Below, one piece after another: positions 6,679-10,588 of a stretch of 10,588 nt of DNA. Positions within the stretch are counted from its first letter, which is position 1; every line of letters begins with the position of its first letter. Source of the DNA: a virus (Duplodnaviria; Heunggongvirae; Uroviricota; Caudoviricetes); the IMG/VR virus record IMGVR_UViG_2657244943_000008, positions 1 to 10,588 of that record; one strand, 5' to 3'. The position numbers and the translations under genes were made by a program. The notes under the pieces were generated by a model. It was not told the DNA's origin and did not search any database. It saw only the letters and a program-made list of their open reading frames with translations.

Positions 6679-7786
6679 AAATAATGTTTCGGTCCCTAAC
6701 TTATATCCGCTTTATAGTAGGAAAGTAAATAAAGTCTATTGGCGGTATAAGCATCCAGTAACAGGGAAATTTCATGCGCTAGGAACGAACGAAACCGAAG
6801 CCATCGCTATTGCCACTGAAGCCAATACGCGACTGGCTGAACAAAGAACTCGGCAGATTCTGGCCATCAGTGACAGGATAGCAACCAGCAAAGGGAAAGC
6901 AATCACAACGTCAACCTGGTTAGATCGCTACCAAGCGATCCAGGATGACCGACTGAAAAGTGGTGATATAAGACTCAACACTTATAAGCAGAAAGCCAAA
7001 CCAGTATCCTTACTTAGGGAACGAGTAGGAATGAAGTTGATCTCAGCCGTTGATGTCAGAGATATAGCACAATTGCTTGACGAGTATATCGCTGCCGGGC
7101 AGCCGAGAATGGCGCAAGTCGTAAGGTCTGTATTGATCGATGTATTTAAGGAAGCACAGCATTATGGCGAAGTTCCGCCAGGGTATAACCCTGCTCTTGC
7201 GACGAAGCAACCCAGACGGAAAATCACCCGTCAACGCCTCAGCCTCGAAGAATGGAAAAAAATCTTCGATATCGCAGATGCCAGTCATCGTTACATGGGA
7301 AATGCCATGCTCCTAGCATTGGTCACTGGACAGCGTTTGGGGGACATATCTAAAATGAAATTCAGCGATATTTGGGATGACCATCTACATGTCGAACAGG
7401 AAAAGACTGGAAGCAAAATCGCAATTCCTCTTTCTCTTCGCCTCAATACGATTAACTGGAGTTTACGCGATATAATAGCCCGCTGCCGTGACTATGCAGT
7501 CAGTCCATACCTAGTGCATTTTTTCCGTTCAACTTCACAAGCAGAACGTGGGGCACAGGTTAAATCCAATACATTGACGATGAACTTTAGCAAAGCGCGA
7601 GACTTGGCCGGAATTGATTGGGGTGATGGAACTCCAGCAACTTTCCATGAACAAAGATCTTTATCTGAGCGCCTTTATAGGGAACAAGGGATTGATACGC
7701 AAAAACTACTCGGACATAAATCTCCTAATCAGACAGCTAGATATCATGATGATCGTGGAAAAGATTGGGTAACTCTAGCAATTTGA
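6659..7786 (+). CDS. int: Tyrosine integrase, lambda Int family (375 aa from the ATG at 6659)
   Basis: Full-length similarity to lambda Int as I recall it, including the catalytic signature: R in LALVTGQRLGD, H-x-x-R in FHEQRSLSERLY, and H plus Y in LLGHKSPNQTARYHDDRG. The track start at 6656 is a GTG; the adjacent ATG at 6659 is more likely. Confidence 0.92.
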   Translation: MAARPRKNNVSVPNLYPLYSRKVNKVYWRYKHPVTGKFHALGTNETEAIAIATEANTRLAEQRTRQILAISDRIATSKGKAITTSTWLDRYQAIQDDRLKSGDIRLNTYKQKAKPVSLLRERVGMKLISAVDVRDIAQLLDEYIAAGQPRMAQVVRSVLIDVFKEAQHYGEVPPGYNPALATKQPRRKITRQRLSLEEWKKIFDIADASHRYMGNAMLLALVTGQRLGDISKMKFSDIWDDHLHVEQEKTGSKIAIPLSLRLNTINWSLRDIIARCRDYAVSPYLVHFFRSTSQAERGAQVKSNTLTMNFSKARDLAGIDWGDGTPATFHEQRSLSERLYREQGIDTQKLLGHKSPNQTARYHDDRGKDWVTLAI

Positions 7787-7871
7787 TTTTTATATTTTTA
7801 TTAAAAATTAAAAAATTCAGACGCATCATATCAAAAATTTATTAGTAAAATAGATAACTAATATTTTTCTT

Positions 7872-7888
7872 GGGGGGAGGAGCCCCCC
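7872..7888. other. GGGGGG-aggag-CCCCCC palindrome embedded in an AT-rich region between the int stop and the convergent membrane-protein gene
   Basis: 6-bp G/C stem with a 5-nt loop; a T-tract lies upstream on the plus strand and no clean U-tract follows on either strand. It could be a weak bidirectional terminator or part of the prophage attachment region, which is expected within ~100-150 bp of the int stop. Confidence 0.3.
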
Positions 7889-7920
7889 GCACATTATATT
7901 GAAGATTAATAACTGATATA

Positions 7921-8886
7921 TCATTTCTTAAATTTAAGAATTTCTTTTAAGGCTTCTACTATATTTTTATCCCCATCCATGCTAATTTTCTCCTTCTCAA
8001 GAGAAACCGTAGTCTGCCCTTTTTCAAGAACAAAATTACGTTCTGTAGCCATGAGATTTTTAATAACCTCACCCATTAAGTCTTCGTTTCTAATGCCCTT
8101 AAGAAACTTTATCGCCAAAACTTTGGAATCGATATTGGTAAGCTCATTTTGAAAATACTTGACCTCATCAAAACCATTTTTGTACAACTTCAAGAAGAAA
8201 TAAGCAAATAGTTCAACGACAATTACAAATGATAATTTGGGGGCCATGTGAAGTATATATTCAAGCTTATCATTTGTGTTAATAGCATTTGTAACTGAAT
8301 ATCCAAGGTAAAGTATCCCACCAAAAGCAATAAATGCACCTAAAACCAGATTAACCCCACCACGTCTATTTAATCTATTTATTTCATTTTCTAAACGATA
8401 TACAATATCATTATAGTGTTTACTAATTTCTATTTGATTTCTAAACGAATTTATATCATTTTTCAAACTTAAATCTGCAGCCAAGAGAGTATTGCCTACA
8501 ATCTTTTTTTTAGCATTATCGATCAACTCTTGCCTTTCTTTTGATGTGAGTAAAACACCATTTAAATCTTTCGAATCATTTGTAACTAGTTGATTAAACT
8601 CTTGCTTTAAGGAGTCTAATTCTGACTTTAACTCTTCATATGAGTTAACATTCTTGTTTTTACTTTCACCTATTCCTTTATTAACATAATTTAATAAAAA
8701 TGCTGCCATAAAAGTTAAAATCAGAGTTGCAATAAAGAAACTATTTTCATCTTGAAGTATTTTAGCAACAGTGGAAAAATAACTTACGAGAAGAGGCTGA
8801 GCATTATAAAGCCCCATTCCTAACAAAACTGCAATTGCCGTACCTAAAACGAACCTTACTTCTTGTCTTTTTAGTAACCTATTCAT
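7921..8886 (-). CDS. Four-TM membrane protein with central coiled-coil and C-terminal soluble region (321 aa); candidate membrane effector
   Basis: Hydrophobic segments VRFVLGTAIAVLLGMGLY, FFIATLILTFMAAFLLNYV, VNLVLGAFIAFGGILYLGY and LSFVIVVELFAYFFLKLY. The linker between TM2 and TM3 (ELKSELDSLKQEFNQL…RLENEINRLNRR) is heptad-like. About 28% GC. Weak GGTG RBS. No confident family assignment. Confidence 0.6.
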   Translation of the reverse strand: MNRLLKRQEVRFVLGTAIAVLLGMGLYNAQPLLVSYFSTVAKILQDENSFFIATLILTFMAAFLLNYVNKGIGESKNKNVNSYEELKSELDSLKQEFNQLVTNDSKDLNGVLLTSKERQELIDNAKKKIVGNTLLAADLSLKNDINSFRNQIEISKHYNDIVYRLENEINRLNRRGGVNLVLGAFIAFGGILYLGYSVTNAINTNDKLEYILHMAPKLSFVIVVELFAYFFLKLYKNGFDEVKYFQNELTNIDSKVLAIKFLKGIRNEDLMGEVIKNLMATERNFVLEKGQTTVSLEKEKISMDGDKNIVEALKEILKFKK

Positions 8887-8970
8887 TATGACACCATATG
8901 TTATTATTTAACGTTTTATTAAATTCAAAATACTGCCCGAGATTTTAATACTCATAACAAAATAAGAATT

Positions 8971-9000
8971 AATATACAAAATTTTTCATACTACAAGCAA
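8971..9000 (-). promoter_or_regulatory. Candidate sigma70 promoter for the 4-TM gene (minus strand: TTGCTT, 18 bp spacer, TATATT)
   Basis: Minus-strand -35 TTGCTT (plus 8995-9000) and -10 TATATT (plus 8971-8976) with an 18-bp spacer, about 85 nt upstream of the ATG at 8886. AT-rich context, so motif matches are weak evidence. Confidence 0.3.
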
Positions 9001-9004
9001 GGCT

Positions 9005-9090
9005 TTGATAAATTGTTTTGATAACGATTTGATAACCGTTAGAAATCTAATAATAAAAACGGGAGCCATCAGACTTCCGTTTTTGATAAC
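9005..9090. repeat. Four direct copies of TTGATAA(C) upstream of the 4-TM gene promoter
   Basis: TTGATAA at 9005-9011, TTGATAAC at 9018-9025, 9029-9036 and 9083-9090; the middle pair is spaced 11 bp (one helical turn). One copy on the minus strand reads tATCAAatcgTTA, matching the IHF WATCAANNNNTTR consensus. Possible operator or architectural sites. Confidence 0.4.
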
Positions 9091-9448
9091 CCGGAGCCTA
9101 GATTTGGCTACCCCAGCAGGAAGATGCAACGTCCACGATTGTCACAAATCAGGCTGGCTCGAGGCAGAATGGCGACTGTGAGGGAGAAACGAAAGTTCAC
9201 ACTCGTTCTCACTGCTGATGGGGGGTTCACTAACAATCTCAAGCACTAATTAATGGACGAAACTCTACACAAAGCCCCATTTTGTAGGAAAACTGGTAAC
9301 GGATTAGTAATACTACCCGGCCAGAACATGACCGACCGGGTAAAAAAATATCCTGACGCTACTAAGCCTTTAAGATTTGACTAACCTAGTGCTTACATTA
9401 TAGAGAACTGCTTATGCCTTCTAAATTATAGAGTAAAAATACTCACCA

Positions 9449-10588
9449 CTAAAATACAACTTGCTTCCTTAGTAAATCACCTCTAGCATTTGAGTAATAT
9501 TCAGTCGAATTGCCAGTAACTTCCCGGAGTACTTCTGTTACAAGGTTATTTAGTATTCCCGTAAGTTTAAGAAACTCTCCATATGAATTAGGTTTCTCAA
9601 ATATCTTTCTGGTACCGTTCGGCACATCGAGCTGCATTGCAGCATCATGATCCTGGGCTAAGTGATTTAGCCAGCGGTGAGTCTCAACAAGTACAGCAAG
9701 TTCATAGTATGTACTATGACGGAGATTATTAGCATCTGCATGGTACATTAGTGAAGCAATATCATAGCTGCTTAGATCAATACTCGAACCTTCGTCTCCA
9801 CTGTCTGCTTTCAGGGTTTTGAGCATGCGAATTGATTTTCTTAATCCACCATTGCATTGATCGCATTTGTCTTTGATACGTTGCATGTGGAGGAACGGTT
9901 CATTGTAGATACGCTCTCGTTTGTTTTTATCAATTATGGTAACTCCACGATGTTCTTCTTTTTTTGTGAGTTGGTACTCTTTCGTATCCCACCATATGCC
10001 TGGCACTACATCAACTTCTCTTTGAAGACTCCCCCCCGTTATTCTCAAGGACTTGGCGTTATTATCGTCAACCTGAGCAGCAGGAAATGTCATTTTTAGA
10101 GCATCTCGAGCTGCACGCCTAAGTTCAATGATGACGTCTCGGCCATCTTTCTCAGCTGCACTATAGCTGCCAACTCCACCGCTATCATACATAAGCATCT
10201 GAGTATCAATAATTAAAAGATCTACATCACTGAAACCTTTGATATGGATATCTAGGGGAACAGAACCTTGTACCCGAAAATCTAGGTTTAGGTCTAATTT
10301 CTTAGTCAGCTGATTTTCAATACGATACGCGGTTTCGAATGAGATCTCTGTATAGCGGGGGTCAACTGGTTGCATCGCACCAATGACATACCGGATAGCT
10401 GAATCGTCTCTTCCTCTAGACTCCCAACTTTCATTAAGCTCAAGAGCATCTTCAAGCAATGCATATTTTTCAAGGCCATCATATCTTTGATTACTCATTG
10501 ATTCTGTGGCTACTCGCAACTGATCATATGTCCCTTTACGACGTGACTTCATGCGTTCAATACGCGAACTATATGATGAATTAGACAT
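9449..10588 (-). CDS. Pol-beta-superfamily nucleotidyltransferase with cGAS/DncV-like (CD-NTase/SMODS-like) active-site motifs (at least 379 aa; start at the window edge)
   Basis: GS…D-x-D motif (RVQGSVPLDIHIKGFSDVDLLII) and a downstream third acidic motif REVDVVPG, resembling the [DE]hDhhP of OAS/cGAS/DncV-type enzymes. About 42-48% GC. The ATG coincides with the last base of the window, so the true N-terminus may lie further upstream. Confidence 0.55.
   Translation of the reverse strand: MSNSSYSSRIERMKSRRKGTYDQLRVATESMSNQRYDGLEKYALLEDALELNESWESRGRDDSAIRYVIGAMQPVDPRYTEISFETAYRIENQLTKKLDLNLDFRVQGSVPLDIHIKGFSDVDLLIIDTQMLMYDSGGVGSYSAAEKDGRDVIIELRRAARDALKMTFPAAQVDDNNAKSLRITGGSLQREVDVVPGIWWDTKEYQLTKKEEHRGVTIIDKNKRERIYNEPFLHMQRIKDKCDQCNGGLRKSIRMLKTLKADSGDEGSSIDLSSYDIASLMYHADANNLRHSTYYELAVLVETHRWLNHLAQDHDAAMQLDVPNGTRKIFEKPNSYGEFLKLTGILNNLVTEVLREVTGNSTEYYSNARGDLLRKQVVF

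Noticed and set aside
5355-7288. Antisense or overlapping ORFs 5355-5600 (-), 6107-6292 (-), 6190-6396 (+) and 7043-7288 (-)
   Set aside because: Each is embedded in or antisense to a well-supported gene (yfdQ-like, yfdR-like, int); judged spurious.
9181-9240. tRNA-like GGTTCA segment (GGGGGTTCACTAAC) as a possible tRNA or integration target
   Set aside because: The T-loop consensus is not met (no A at the position equivalent to 58) and no acceptor or anticodon stems can be built around it; I found no tRNA or tmRNA in the window.
9316-9350. CCCGG…CCGGG hairpin followed by an A-tract
   Set aside because: The A-tract follows the stem on the plus strand and the T-tract precedes it on the minus strand, so it is not a canonical intrinsic terminator for either direction.
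9857-10099. 80-aa plus-strand ORF inside the nucleotidyltransferase gene
   Set aside because: Antisense to the nucleotidyltransferase ORF, which has clear active-site motifs; shadow ORF.
1-10588. CRISPR arrays, IS elements or transposase genes
   Set aside because: No array of regularly spaced direct repeats, no terminal inverted repeats flanking a transposase-like ORF, and no transposase-like translation in any long ORF.

Overview
This window looks like a stripped-down, mosaic lambdoid prophage segment of enterobacterial type, carrying two compositionally foreign accessory modules. All protein similarities below are from my memory of reference sequences; no database search was run.

Backbone, minus strand, high to low coordinate: a short Q-type antiterminator (4345-4701), then a lysis cassette of holin (1355-1681), a near-lambda-R endolysin (875-1351) and an Rz-like protein (528-878), then the N-terminus of a tail-fibre-like gene running off the left edge. 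Plus strand: a YfdQ-like DUF2303 protein (4888-5712), a YfdR-like HD-domain hydrolase (5841-6377), a lambda-like excisionase (6433-6678) and a tyrosine integrase (6659-7786), with a lambda-style 20-nt xis/int overlap. No repressor, replication or nin-region genes lie between the integration module and Q, so the element is probably a defective or heavily deleted prophage.

Main candidate for a new system: a ~2.45 kb AT-rich two-gene cassette (1973-4365) sits between Q and the holin, in the orientation opposite to late transcription, with its own sigma70-like promoter. Gene 1 is an N-terminal C4 zinc ribbon fused to an NdpA/YejK-like nucleoid-associated domain. Gene 2 is a 404-aa protein with C-terminal hydrophobic segments, separated from gene 1 by only 2 nt. 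I propose it as an uncharacterised defence or exclusion moron; the function is inference only.

Second candidate: to the right of int, on the minus strand, a 4-TM coiled-coil membrane protein (7921-8886) and a pol-beta nucleotidyltransferase with cGAS/DncV-like motifs (9449-10588, start at the window edge). This may be a minimal CBASS-like pair, but a 560-bp gap and different GC content make operon membership uncertain.

No tRNA, rRNA, CRISPR array or IS element was found.
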